A DNA stretch of 62,906 nucleotides, the filler included, from Octopus bimaculoides (lineage: Eukaryota), in assembly GCF_001194135.2 (NCBI RefSeq). It is 3 parts of 3 records of this genome, joined end to end, with 100 filler letters (N's around TTAATTAATTAA, not from the genome) between each part and the next. Parts side by side here need not be neighbours in the genome. Positions count along the whole stretch, not along the records: positions 1 to 20,455 come from NC_068984.1; 2 more parts are not named here. One strand, given 5' to 3'. The position numbers were made by a program, and so were the translations under genes. Each line of letters begins with the position of its first letter. Within the stretch, counting starts at the first letter, position 1. The notes below the pieces were generated by a model. The model worked only from the letters and a program-made list of their open reading frames with translations, was not told the origin of the DNA and did no database searches. Below are positions 1 to 13,769 of the stretch, piece by piece.

Positions 1-479
1 CATCCATCAAACTGGATATAAAGCTAGGCTTTCTGCCTTGAACTATCAATCTAATTGTTTTGTTTTGTTTTTTTGTTTTTTTTTTTCTGCACTGCAATTT
101 TAAAGTACAGCTCACAAATGTTTTTATGGTTTTCAGGGGCCATCAGGACTTGCATGTCCCTATAAGCCCCACTTGTTCACGTATTGTTGTTTCTACTTCT
201 GTAAAGGTAATGATGAGTGAATGGTTAGCTTCACCACCAAAGTCCCTAATCATAACTCTTGTATTCTTTCATACCCTATATTTCAGCATCAATCTGTGAC
301 TAGTTGTATGATGTACTAATTCTGGCAATTTCTTCACTTTGTACATAATCCCATATTCATTCTCTACCACCGTAACATCTTATCTCAGAACCTAATAAGT
401 CAGAACAAATACCAAAAGGCATTTTGTCCAATGCATTAATAATTCTGCTAATGCTATAATAATAATAATAATAATAATA

Positions 480-1212
480 ATATTAATGGTTTCAAATTTT
501 GCCACAAGGGCAGCAATTTTGAGAGAGGGGGTTGAGTCGATTACATCGACCCCAATGTTCAACTAGTACTTATTTTATCAACCCTGAAAGGATGAAAGGC
601 AAAGTTGACCTCAGCGGAATTTGAACTAAGAACGTAGTGACATACGAAATACAGCTAAGCATTTTTCCCAGCATGCTAATGATTCTATCACCTCACCTCC
701 TTAATAATAATAATGATAATAATAATAATAATAGCAGCAAATATGATAATCCCTTCAACTATAGGTACAAGGCCTGAAGTTTTGGGAAGGTGGCTAGTCA
801 ATTACTTCTACTCCAGTGTTCAACTGGTACTTATCTTATTGACCCTGAAAGGATGAATGGCAAAGTTGACCTTGGTGGAATGTGATCTCTGAGAGTAAAG
901 ACAGAAGAAATGCCACTGAGCATTTTGCCCAGCATGCTAACGATTCTGCCAGCTCACCATCTTAACAACAATAATAATGATCCTTTCTACTATAAACATA
1001 AGGTCTGACATTTTTGTAGAGAGGGGGACTAGTTGATTACATCAACCCCAGTGTTTCACTGGTACTTAACTTATTGACCCCCCCCCCACAAAAAGATGAA
1101 AGGCAAAGTCGACCTCAGCAGAATATGTACTCAGAATGTAAAGATGGATGAAATGCTGCTAAGCATTTTGCCTGGTATGCTAATGATTCTGCCAGCTCGC
1201 TCGCTGCCTTAA
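480..1212 (-). mobile_element. Three head-to-tail copies of tRNA-derived SINE family A, separated by (AAT)n tails
   Basis: The body ...GATTACATCGACCCC...GAAAGGATGAAAGGCAAAGTTGACCTC...GAACTCAGAA...GCTAAGCATTTT...GCTAACGATTCTGCCAGCTC recurs three times and matches other copies in the window; many CpG positions are decayed to TpG/CpA. Confidence 0.85.
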
Positions 1213-1309
1213 ACCTTTGAGCCCTGACTTCCTGAACCTTATTTGACCATATACCTGGCACTACACCGGTGCTATGGTATAGAACAGTGTTATGGTATAG
1301 AGAAAAATA

Positions 1310-1760
1310 AGCCATCCACCGGTAAACCTCTGGAACAGACTAACCAGCTCATTTTCGTCAGCACCCAGAGTCTCCCCGAGAACAACGTCGCACTTCCCTA
1401 CCATTAATCCTCTATAAATTTCTAAAGCAGAGCATCCACCGAACCCATTGCCAGACTGGTAGAGGGTTGTGAGCTTCTGACGACATTCTAGGTACTCAGA
1501 TTGATCTTCGGAGTTCCTTCAAGATGCTAATTTTTCAACCTCAGCTTGTTTGCCCACTGAGGGATGTGGGCCTTGGTAAACCCTAGGATGACTTATGCTG
1601 TATAATTTAGATCAGGTTTGCATTCTCATTTGGGTCTGTTCCATTTTAATCAGACTGGCAAGGATTGGTTATTCGGCACTACACAACACTGGTTTGCTTA
1701 AAGAAACTTAGGGAGGATGGTCTCCACTTATGGGTGGAAGGATATTAGCAAGCTTCATGT
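1310..1760 (-). mobile_element. Decayed L1/Tx1-clade LINE ORF2 fragment
   Basis: Homologous by eye to 40050-40200 (CAGCTCATT..CGTC...TCTCCCCGAGAAC...); minus-strand translation gives ...YRGLMVGKCDVVLGETLGADENEL..., matching the fragment at 39.9-40.5 kb. Confidence 0.55.
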
Positions 1761-1767
1761 TTGGTGA

Positions 1768-1800
<33 letters not shown>

Positions 1801-1802
<2 letters not shown>

Positions 1803-2010
1803 GGTGGAGAGCTGGCAGAATCGTTAGCACACCAGGCAAAATGCTTAGTGACATTTCATCCATCTGCACATTCTGAGTTCAAATTCTGCCAAGGTCAACT
1901 TTGCTTTTCATGCCTTCAGGGGTCGATAAAATAAATACCAGTCATGTGCTGGAGTCAATGTTATCGACTATCCCATCCCACCACATTTCAGGCCTTGTGC
2001 CTATAGTAGA
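1801..2010 (+). mobile_element. SINE family A with (ATT)n tail
   Basis: AAGGTGGAGAGCTGGCAGAATCGTTAGCAC...TTCTGAGTTCAAATTCTGCC...GGCCTTGTGCCTATAGTAGAAAGGATTATTATT; reverse complement of the copies at 480-1212. Confidence 0.85.
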
Positions 2011-3458
2011 AAGGATTATTATTATTATTATTATTATCACCACTACCACCATTATTATTATTACTGTAGTTGTAATCTGTGTTGTTTTTTATGGAGTTGT
2101 TGCTGTCTTTGTTGTTCTTTTCATCGTTCTGGCTATCTTCTGTAACCACTCCATGGTCAATATATCAAGCAAACAAAGGAAGCAGGTATTGATAGAAAAA
2201 GAACACATCTTATTCATAACTGCATTGTTTCTTTTCAGGTAGGCTGACATCTGACTGTTCAAAGATGGTGTATAAAACACCTTCCCAGGGATATCATTGA
2301 AATAAGAACAGGGAATCAAAACTAAATTTTAGTCTTGAAACATTGGTAGAAGACTGGTAGAAAAAAATGAAAATTTTGCTTTAATGCTATTTGAAGTCGG
2401 AAATGAAGCTAGCCTCCTAACCCATAAAAATCTTTGTGTGCTGTAAGGGAATAATATGCTTTATACAAATAAGATACCAATAAGAATACATGGAAATTTA
2501 GCTTTGACTTTCTCCTTCTTATGTTATATTTATGCTTCATTTTTATCAACCTGAGACTTAAAGAAATATGTTTAGTTTTAGAAACAATTGATATTTTTAA
2601 TTATTTAGTTATTGAAACATATTTCTTACATTATTTTAATATTCTCTGCTTGTTTTTTGTTTCTTTTTTTCAGCCCCACTTTTCCCAAATCCCCTTAAAG
2701 CGGTTTTTCAAAAAAGAATTTTAACAAAAACTTAAATAGGCTTCAGTGGTTTTTTTTTTAATGTTTATTCTTAAAATAACATTGTTGCTATTGTCTAAGT
2801 TTTAGCTGTAGTCGGAAATAAATTGGACTGCAGAGATTTGGTTGGATAGGTACAGTTATTACAAATATGTTGTTAGGTAGCAAAGAAAATATCTCAAAAT
2901 GAGATTAAGCTAAAAGTGCACAAGACGCTACTGACTTGAGTTACTATCTGTAGTTAAGGTGGCTGGTAATCAATAGATTTGTCTCAGTAATGAGCCAAAA
3001 TCTTACTGCTAGTAGCTGAAATATGCATTATGAGATTGAAATAGTTGCTATGGCTGGCTTTCAACAATTCTCTGTTGCTAATTCTTATTTTGGAGATATG
3101 TTTCTACTGATTTTTCAGTTTTTATTGAAATTTCAAGAAAGTTTTCAATCTGTTAATGGATTGTTATAGTTTTAATAGCCAATTAAATTTGATTTGGATG
3201 GTTAAATATTTTTCGTATTATGATTTAATGTCTCAAACTACTTGTATCTGCAAAAGAGTTTCCTGGTTGCAGCCCATACTGTTTCCAGGTTCTTTTGAAA
3301 TTAACAACATTTTCTCATATAAAGCATTCATAAGAATCTAATAAAATTTTGTAATATAAAGGATCTGTGTATCTGTATGACTTTTCCATATTCTTACTTC
3401 AATATATACATCAGAACTTCACAGAAAACTGAAACAACTATATTAAGTCAGATCCTTC

Positions 3459-3540
3459 AGCTTCAACAAAATGACTATTTAATCCTTTGGTTTCAACAAA
3501 ATGACTATTTAATCCTTTGGTTTCAACAAAATGACTATTA
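3459..3540. repeat. 30-bp tandem repeat, about 2.7 copies
   Basis: TTCAACAAAATGACTATTTAATCCTTTGGT repeated directly. Confidence 0.9.
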
Positions 3541-3738
3541 GAAATACAATGATGATAAAGTGATTGACAAAAGAACTACATTATTCAATAATTTCTATTT
3601 GGCAGCTTTTGTTGTCAAGCTTCATCCAAAGATATGAGCATCACCTTGTTAAGTAAATATAAACATGGGAATTTCTTTTTCCTCATTTGATTTTGATAAG
3701 ATTATTTGCTTAGATTTACTTGTGATTAAGCTTATCTG

Positions 3739-3741
<3 letters not shown>

Positions 3742-3830
<89 letters not shown>
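3742..3830. repeat. (GT)n microsatellite
   Basis: Perfect dinucleotide run. Confidence 0.98.
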
Positions 3831-3831
<1 letters not shown>

Positions 3832-6318
3832 ATGCATTGAGTGGCCGTAAATAAATTGGAAAGATATGTGGTCATCCAACAAGTTTAAAAATCAAAAACC
3901 TATTAAAGACAGATGAGTACATTGAGAGCTAGTGATATTCATGTCTTAGAGAGGAGCTGGGTATCACTAGGATAACCAAACGCACAAAATCATTTACCAA
4001 TATTATTTTATATAAGACCAGTCAATTGCATAAAGAAAGCCAAGAATGAAAAGAGTGAAAAAGATTGATTACAAAAAATGCCCCAACATCCAACAGTAGA
4101 AATGCTATAGGAGAATTATATACAAGGTGCCGCCGATGCTTGCACCTAGCCACATTTGCACCTTTATGTGTGAGTGTGTGTCTATATATATATATATATA
4201 CACGCACACACTCATGTCCAACCCATGCCAGTAGAGAAGACAGATGTTAAATGATGAATATGGGCTTCTTTCAGTTTCCAGTTACCAACTCCAGCAATAA
4301 GTATTTGGTTGGCCCATGGCTGTAGGAGAAGACGCTATCGGACTGAACTTAAAACCACATGGTTGGGAAGCAAATTTCTTAACCATCATTTTTGAATCTA
4401 CTTTTCGAAACTTGCATGGGTCAAATGGAATTTACTGAGGCAAATTTTTGATAACCAGATTCCTTTCTTGTTGCCAAACCTTGCTTATTTCCAAATCTGC
4501 TAATATTTCCTCTTAGACATCTTTTCTCAGAAAACTTGTAATGACACCATTTGTATGACACTTACACTTGCATACAACTGCACACACACACACATGACGT
4601 GCGCACGTCATCATCATTATTGTTGACATTATTTTTACATCTGCTTTTCCATGTTGGCATGGGTTGGATGGAACTCTATGAGACTGTTTTAAAGCTAGAT
4701 GCCAACACTTGCATGTTGCTTTTTGCAACATGCAAGAATACAATGTACCTATTTTAAAACCAAGATACACATGTAGACATATACCTTCACATTACTCTAT
4801 GTGATAATTTAACATATGTGGTTGTCACAGTGGCATTGAAACTTTCATGTAAAAATTCAAGTGTGGTAATAGTTTACATAGGCTCCTATAGCTAGTTCCA
4901 TATTTTTTTCCTGTTTTTAGCATTGCCACTTAGCATTTAGAAATGTTAAATAGGTTGAAGTCTTATTTGCTAAACTGTCTCATATTAAACACTTTTCACT
5001 GGTGGTCTGAGAGAGGTGAAACACAAGGAAATAGTATGGAATATTATTGCCTCTTTTATAAATGAGAAATAAAAATAATAAAAGATATTTGTTAGGGGTC
5101 AAATTGAAAAATAAGTTATCTAAATAGTTATAATTTTCTAATAAATCTTGTATGATGGTTGTTTTGTTTCCATATTTATCTTGAATAGGTAAGGTGGATG
5201 AGAGGAAAATGTAATTTTTTAATTACTTAATTACTTAAACTGGATTAAGCTCACATAATAATACAACACCTAGAAGAGGTAGATAATAAATGAACAAATG
5301 TTTGTTGTAAAAGACTCTGTTTGAATCAGACCAAATCACTACACATGACATCAATACTCTAGATATTCTCTTATCTACCCATGTGTTGATTAAATCACTA
5401 GAAAGGAATATATTGTAGGTATATGATTAAAGTGATAGAGTACTGAATTAAAAGTTATATCAAAACACTTGGCAAGATATATTGTTCTTTTCATCTGAAT
5501 AATCAGAAAGGGGAATAGGTTCAAATTATCTTCATTGCTGAATTATTACTATTAAGAAAGCAATAAAGATTGCTGCAATAATGTGTGAGAAAAATTGCAA
5601 ACCTATCAAACCCCTCTCTGCATGAACAAATATAAAGACAACTGATTTACTGATCTGAATTTTTGTCTTATTTCCTTTTTATCACACTGATCTTCTGTGT
5701 ACTTTCAAATTAGTGGTATATGTTGAGTTTCTGGCGTTTGGATGTTTTTGTTTTGATATTTTAAAAAATTTTATTTCCTTTATTTTTGTAACTTAAATTG
5801 TAATGGCAGCTATGTCGTGCTGTCATGTTACATTCAGAGAACGGAAACGGTTCCAAAAGGAGCTGTGATAACCATTACATTGAATCATTTGGTGGGAATT
5901 ACACAGAACATGTCTAGAAATTCTTTTTCTTATAGTTTAAACATGTATATCTCTTGGTGTTTGTTCATGTATAAGGATCAGGGAAGATAGAAGACAGTAG
6001 GTTATATGTATCTGTGAAACAATTGAAATTATTCCAGTTTTGTTTTTATATGTTAATGTTTGTGTAAGCAGCATTATGTAAACAATGTTTACAATGTGCT
6101 TTTATAATTGGTATTTAGGTCCTGATTTTGTTATATAATGTTAGGATATTCGAAACTCACAGAAATCCTTTTTATTCTTTATGCACTGTTTTTTTTTACA
6201 CTGGTTTTGACTCAAAGTTTTGGTTTGCTATGTTTAAACATTTTACAAAGATGCCAAAGTTAAATCCTATTGGAATCACAGGCTTGTGTTTCTTCAAGTA
6301 TTCTTATACAACTTGCTC

Positions 6319-6359
<41 letters not shown>

Positions 6360-6414
6360 NNNNNNNNNNNNNNNNNNNNNNNNNNNNNNNNNNNNNNNNN
6401 NNNNNNNNNNNNNN

Positions 6415-6460
<46 letters not shown>

Positions 6461-9235
6461 TCTCTTTTTATCCTTTCTTATATAAATATGTATTTGAAAT
6501 GTTTCAACACCATTTTAAACTTTGCTTCTTATTGAATTTTCAGCATTTTCTTCAGTTGTTGATTTCTTTCAGATACTTAGCTTTTGAGATATTTTCCACC
6601 TTTTGACTATGATTCTTATATGATTATTTGTATATTATGATTGCCTTAATATTCTTGATTCTTTTTCTTATGTTATGATGTTAAAGTTGATTTCTGGTAA
6701 TGAATTATTTGACGAAATATCTACTGAGTTTTCTAGGAAAATATATACATTTGTATGCCAATCTTTTGTCCCCGCAAGCCACAGAGATCTGATATCTATT
6801 GTTAATGGTTTAGTGAACTGAGTTAAATGTACAAAAGCATAATGAAACATCAGGAATGTAACAAATTGTTCATAAGTTGATAGTACAATTATCTGTTCTG
6901 CTTTTTCATTTCTATTATTTACTTAATATTCAGATAAACAAGACTATATCTAAAACTTGTATAACTGAAGAATGAAAATGGTGCTGTATATTGTGTTGGT
7001 CAATATAAAATATGTTAAAATGATACTTCGGTGAGGGAGTAGTCTTTTGGGTTTTAGAGTCTTAGATATTCTGATTGTAAGACAAAATATTTTTAATATC
7101 TTCAGTAGACACTTGTCTTTTCTTCCCCACCTCAGATTTATTTCTTATTGTTTTCTGAATATGAATAAATTTTCAGACATAAAAAAACCCATTTCAACAT
7201 TTCAATATGTTATTTTAATGTAATATTTTTATAAAAATACTTGTTTTGCTGAAATCAAACAGATGTGATGTATGTTTTCTTGTTGTGGAATATATTTTTC
7301 AAAGGTTAAAAATGATTTGTGTGTGTGTAAAATAAAATTTTGCAAATAGATGTTCTAGAATAGTTTAATAATATAAATCTGCTGGAGAGGTAGTGGATTG
7401 GCAGAATCATTAGAGTATTGGACAAAATACCAGTATTTGTTCCAGTTCTTTATGCAGTTGCCAAAGTGCATCAGCCCTTGAATTTTTTTCGGTCAAAATT
7501 TGTGGCGTAGAGAAGGGAGACTTGCTGCAGCATAGGCAACTGCTGCTTTTCTATAGAACCCCAACCCTATGCCCTGAAGAACTTTTTAGGTGTAGATACA
7601 TGGTCAACCTTGACAAACAGCTACAGACATGTAACTTTGAGAGGACATTTGTTTTAGTTATGTATGTATATATTCTGAGTTCTGATATGCAAGATAATTA
7701 AATATCTTCAAGCAATATGTGGTAATGGTTTATTATGATTTATAATTTTTCTTTTTTAGATAAACACCCTCCTCCACCACATACACATACACACTGTAAA
7801 TCTACTTTTGATTTGGGAAGAGTTTTCTTGAAATTCTTCTAGTGCTTTGATAAGCATTTTACAGCTGTCATGAGCCCTTTAGCAGTTTATATAAACTTGA
7901 TGGTGGTTTTAATTTCAGCTGAAACCTTGTTTATATACACAATTTGATCAATTTAAGATAAATTGGAATGAAACCAGAAATATTAGCTCACTCAGAATAT
8001 GTTGATTTAGTTAAAATTTGACTCATTAATGTGTGTGTGCACACATATATGCTTGTGTATGCATGAGAAAGAGAGAGTGGGGGATGTTGAATATTGCAAT
8101 TAAAAACTAAGGTAGGCAAAGATTATATTAAAATTAGAGAGTAACAAATGCAGTAATGCCTTTTCTTAAATTTGTGTGTTATATAAAATAAGGTAAATAT
8201 ATTTTTAAAAAAAGAACATTGTTTAATATCACCCAGGAAATAATTAGAAAAACCCTGTTGTTTGTAGCTTGTGATTCAAGTATTTAAAAACTGTTGTGAT
8301 TATATTAATAAAAGAAATTAAAGGTAAATATATTATGGTATTGGAGATGGGTCACAAACCAACACTCACCAATGTCATTAGTCTTCCTTACCTAACACTA
8401 AATTCTCTCTTGATTTTTTTCTTCTAGCTTCTTGTAGCTCCTCGTTTTCTTTTTTTTCTTTTTGGTTTTTCTGTCTATATGTTTCTTCTTTTTCTTGTCT
8501 TTTTCCCTTTCCCTTGCCACCTTCTTCTCTCATAATACATGCAAAATCAATATCAATGGAAATTGTTTCTTAAATAATCACAATGCAAACTAATTGGCCA
8601 GAAGTTCAGTACCTTGACTGAATCACCGCTACATTTTGAAAACAGTAAAATGATTTACCAAATTAGCCTGAATCCAAAAAGGGGAATGGTAGGGAGTAAG
8701 ATGAAATATTAGTTTTTTGTTAGGATTTAATGATTTAGGCAAAAAGTTGCATGAAAATCAGGTTGTAGTTTTGCAACCTTGACTGGTACATTAAGTTGAG
8801 CCCAGAGGGATGAAAAGTAAAGTTGTACCTTGGAGGGATTTGTACTTAGAATGTAAAGAACTAGAATAAATACTGCAATGTAGTTCTACCAACACTTTAA
8901 CATTTCTGTCAATCCACCTTCCAATAATGATATAATTCTACTAGTTATATTCTTTTATTCTGTTATTATTTTACCGGTTCCATTCATTGGACTATAGCCA
9001 TGCTACAACATAACCTTAAAACGTTTTGATTATATTAAACTCATTGCTTTGTTTGGTATGTATTTTATCAGTCTTAGAAAGAGGTAAAACAAAGTCGAAT
9101 TAGATGCGATTTCAACTTAATATATAAGGGATATAACCAAATACGAGAAGCTATTCTTTTCAATGCACCACTGATTCTACCATCCACCTGATATACAAGT
9201 ATGTATGTATATTTATATGTGAGTTTGTATATGTC

Positions 9236-9792
9236 ATCATCATCATCATCACCGTTTAACATCTGCTTTCCTTGCTGGCATGGGTTGGACAGTTTGACTG
9301 AGGACTGGCAAGCCAGAAGGCTGTACCAGGCTCCAATCTGATCTGGCAAGGTTTCTACAGCTGGATGATCTTCCTAACACCAACCACTTTGAGAGTGTAG
9401 TAGGTGCTTTTTGCATTCCACCAGCATGAGGGCCAGTCAGGTGGTACTGGCATTGACCACGCTCAGATAGTATTTTTTACGTGCTACCGGCATGGGAGCC
9501 AGTCAAGCAGCACTGGCAATGGCCATGCTTGAATGGTACTTTTTATGTGTCACCAGCACAGGAGCCAGTCAGGTGACACTGGCAACGACCTCACTCGAAT
9601 AGTGTTTTTTACGTGCCACTGGCATGGGACCAGTCTGGTGGCACTGGAATCGACCACATTCGTATGGTGCATTTTACATGCCACCAGCATGGAAGCCAGT
9701 CTGGTGGGACTGGCATTGGCCACGCTCGAATGGTGCTTTTTACATACCACTGGCATGGATGCCAGTCAGGCAGTACTGGCATCAGCCATGAC
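9236..9792 (-). mobile_element. Retroposon 3' end with (CAT)n tail, followed by a 66-bp tandem array (about 6 units)
   Basis: CATCATCATC...TTTAACATCTGCTTTCCTTGCTGGCATGGGTTGGA, with related heads near 4610 and 11770; from about 9409, units TTTTACGTGCCACC(G/A)GCATGGGAGCCAGTCAGG..GCACTGGCA..GACCACGCTCGAATGGTGC repeat. Confidence 0.7.
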
Positions 9793-12759
9793 AAGTATGT
9801 ATATACTGCATAGCAGTGAGGTACGGCAGTTGAAAGTGGATTTTGTGCAAAGGCTGTGAAGAAAGAGGTGAACATGCTCTGCTCTCCTGGAAGTATATTA
9901 TTACTGTACATGAATGATGGAGCATAAATGGGCTGCAAGTAAAACAGAATAGAGAAGGAATTATTTGTAGTATGCAAAAATGAGATGGTTGAGTTGGTAT
10001 GTATAATAGCTGATTGAAAAAAGGGCCAACCAATCCAAGTGGAGAGAATATGCAGAAAAGAAACCCTGAAAAAGGCATGTTGAATAAAAATGAAAGTTGA
10101 TCTCAGAATGCTGACCATGAAGCAGAGGATAAGGTACTGCAGCAAATGATAAGATGTTGTTATAGATGACCCATCCAACCAAAGCAAGCATCAGCAAATG
10201 AATGTAAAACAATAACAGATGATGATATATATTCTTTTGAAGATCTTCTATATAGACTCTGTTAGTAAATTTTACCCATAAAGCCTTGGTCAATGCAAGG
10301 CTATGATAGAAGCAATTTTCCCAAAGTGCTTCACAGTGACATCAAGCATTGAACCTCTTGAGCCCATAATACGGATAGTTTCAAATATAAGTATCAGATC
10401 GCAAATTTTGTGGGTAGGGGATAGAAGTGAAGTTCACCTTGGTAGGGTTTTAACTCAGAACAAAAAGAGCCTTAACTAAATGCCACAATGAATTTTGTCA
10501 ATATATATTATATTTTGTGCTTTGTATCTATCACCCATCCATATGCTCCATAATGTATAGAGGGGCATGTCATTGCTGAAAGTAGAGGTTCTGATAGCAA
10601 ATAATTGTGGATGAGTAGAAATCCTTCTCTAGGCTATTATAAAGATGGATAACACTACTATTATTACTATTTGAAATACAAATCCAATGCCATCTCAGTT
10701 TCTTATTGTAATTATGGAAACATTCAGTTGGATAGATGGTCATCTGCAGACTATGACTAACCAAGGTATACATTGTTCTTCTTCACCTGAGCATGTTCAT
10801 CAGAGCAAATTTTCTCCCTGAAATACAATTATCAACTTCATTATTCTGTTCATTGACTCACTTGCATAGCAGTGATGAAATTCTTGTGGAGTTATAAAAA
10901 CCATTATTAATGTTACTAAACATAGAATGGTCACTTCTTGCTTAATTTATTCTAGAGTTTGCCATTGGTAGTATTTCTAATTGTTTGCATTCTTATTAGT
11001 ATTGTAGTTCTTTAGTCTTAACTTAATATGGATGAAATGATCATAGTAATTCAATTTGAAATATTGACTCATTTTGTTCTAATATTTGTTTTATTTTTTG
11101 CCAGTTACTATAAGAAAACATGAAAGTCACATATATATATATATATATATACATACCTATACGCAGAAAGCTGGATAGATTGATAGATTTAGAAAAGAGT
11201 AGGAATTGTTTATATTGCTGGAAATTTATCTATATTACTGTCTGAAAACAACTGTGCATTCTTCTGCTCATGTCATTTAATTGAATTCGGTTTTGAATAT
11301 ACTGACTCAAAAATTCTTTCAAGGGTGACTGATTTCTTTCTTCTCGATTTACTTTGGCTTTTCACCAATATGAATCATTTCTTCATTCTCTCTTTTCATC
11401 TCTTTTCTGTTTCAATCATAATAATTTTCTTAACGATTCTTCTTTTTCCCCCATCCTGTTTTTTTTTTATATCTATGATTTGCAAATCTCATATATTTTC
11501 ATAATAGATAATATTTTGTCGATATTCAATTTCTTCATTAGTGTACATATTTTATTAGCATGAGTGGTTAAAGTGTGTGATAAACATAGAAAAATGTTAG
11601 CTCAGCATAAATCTTCATCAGCAGGAATACATTCTGTAAGACCCTATTGTTGCTTGGTACTTTAATGCACAAGTTGAGGACTTAGTAATTTTGCAGTATA
11701 GTGGTTCTGTGTAAAAGATTGAGTAAGCATAAAACTTTTACAGTTCTGTTATTATTATGCAGACGACGATGATCTTCCATGCTGGCATGAGTGGGATGAG
11801 ATTTATTGAGGCAGTATTCTATGACCAGATGCTTTTCTGGTTGCCCACCTAAATTTCAAATGGTCTGCCTACATGGAAATCACCATACCTTATCTGCATC
11901 TATGAAGGAATGAAACCAATTTATCATCTGTTCCATAGCCTTCAGAAAACAGCTGGTTATCTACCAATCGGGTGTGTACAGAAGCAGATTGATTTCTGTC
12001 TTGAAAAGTGAATGGGTATTAAACTCTATGCTTATTTCTCGACAGGAATGTGTGCTCCAAACATAGATAAGTTCAGGCTGAGACCAGAGAAAGCATGAAG
12101 AAGCATGTTATGGAAAGCTGCATCTGAAATAGCTAGCTTGTATGTAATGTCAGTGAATGTGCATATACATGTAGCATGTACATAGTAAAGGTATATTGAG
12201 GTATGTAACTGACAAGTATTAGCTACTCAATCATGAGTGTGTTACTTTTGATAGACTGGTTGTTATTATCAGATCGATAATAAGCTATAATTTAAAGGAG
12301 ATTTTGCTGCTAATTATAATAGGTTGAACAATGACAAAGAAGCTACTGGTTGTTACTTAGCCACAGGCCAGCCCTGATGGAGTAGACTTATAATCAAAGT
12401 CTGTAACCATTCCTGTATGCAAGAGACAGAGGATAATATTATCCAGTGTGTCTTTTTCTGAGATGATAGAATACAGTTTGAGAGAGATCTAATTGTTGTT
12501 TCTAGCAAGTTGGGTGACTATGTTGGGACTCCCTTATCAGCTTGTGAGGACCTTCAAATTACATTCAGACAATACCTTTGTCATTCTAAACAGAATAAGA
12601 GCAGTATCAAATATTATTTTCCTAGATATTTATCAGATATAAAATAGATAAAACTGTATTCAATTTACTTGCTGAATTTTAGATAAGATAGAAAAAATTA
12701 TGAAAATATTCCTGTAAATTTGTGTGGTACTGCATCACCTTCAGTCTGCTAGGTTATAG

Positions 12760-13769
12760 GGTGATGCAGTATTTCTATGTGATGATGCAATTCTTACAGT
12801 ATATTGCATCATATTTCAGAAGAGTATAAATATGTGATAATTTCTTTACAAGTCTAGGATTGGCTCGAAAGCTGCTTAGCAAGAAAACTACTTTAGTTGG
12901 AACAATTAGAAAGAACAGAGTTGAACTTCCAAGTGCTTTCACAAGTGGAAAAGAGAGAGAAATCAATTGCACAATATTTGGATTTCAAAAGGATTCTACG
13001 ATCCTATTTTATTGTCCCAAGAAACATTATGTAGTCACACTTATGAGTACAATGCACTCTCAGGCTTCAATTGATTTAAAAAGTGCTGAAAAGAAACCTG
13101 AAGTTATAACATGTTACAGCGAAACAAAAGGAGGAGTAGATACCCTAGATAAGATGGAAAGGACATACACTTGCAAAAGAATGACTTGAAGATGGCCTAT
13201 GGTTATATTCTACAACATGATTGATATAAGTACAGTGAATGCTTCCATTGTTGCTAAACAGCTTCACTTGCAAAGTTTCAAGGATAAAAGAAGACAGTGC
13301 CTAATTCACTTAGGAAAGAAACTTGCTGAAGTTAATGCTAAACAAGAACATAACAAACAATCTTCTAATTCTGCTAACATTTCTCAACCAAGCAAGAAAA
13401 GAAGACAATCTTCAACCTCATTTGAGATTCTTCAGCCAAAGAAAAAAAGACAGGAAAACTTGTACTACATGTAAGAATTGTAATATCCATGTTTGCTAAG
13501 AACATTCCAATGTTGTCTGCATTCACTGCCATGAAGAGCTGTAATTCTGTATTTTTGTAATTTTTAAAATTTATAATATATTCTGTAAGCTGTATTTTTT
13601 TATTAAAATTTGTGAGAAATAGTAATTCTTCATTCGTCTGATACCATATATAATGTAGCTAAGAAATAGTGGTAGTTTGAATATAATTCAATTAAAGGAA
13701 AAATATTGGGTCCATTGAACCCAGTAGGTAATTAGTGACATACATTTTCTCTGGGATACCAAGGGTTAA
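12760..13769 (+). mobile_element. 5'-truncated piggyBac transposon remnant (PGBD4-like transposase C-terminal half, right TIR, TTAA)
   Basis: Translation CDNFFTSLGLARKLL...LVGTIRKNR...KKPEVITCYSETKGGVDTLDKM...T*RWPMVIFYNMIDIS, then a Cys-rich tail (TCTTCKNCNIHVC*EHSNVVCIHC); ends ...GATACCAAGGG-TTAA at 13766-13769; two in-frame stops. Confidence 0.9.

Noticed and set aside
1901-2242. 113-aa ORF with an apparent transmembrane segment
   Set aside because: It is built from the SINE A 3' end and its (ATT)n tail plus low-complexity GTT-rich sequence.
2218-2245. TTTCTTTTCAG|GTAGG as a recursive splice site
   Set aside because: The donor match is only moderate and host gene orientation is unknown; it is expected by chance in 20 kb of AT-rich DNA.
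5806-5915. Short CpG-containing open frames (MAAMSCCHVTFRERKRFQKEL*; WQLCRAVML...)
   Set aside because: No convincing splice pair or recognisable homology.
9409-9792. CRISPR-like appearance of the 66-bp array and of the 17-bp array at 34769
   Set aside because: Units are contiguous with no unique spacers, no cas genes are present, and the context is eukaryotic.
9609-10187. 192-aa minus-strand ORF with PVPPDW repeats
   Set aside because: The repeats come from the 66-bp array; the remainder shows no recognisable motif.
11590-11625. Minus-strand CTGATGAAGATTTATGCTGAG hammerhead-like motif
   Set aside because: The GAAA half and stem II are destroyed; at most a decayed pLTR.
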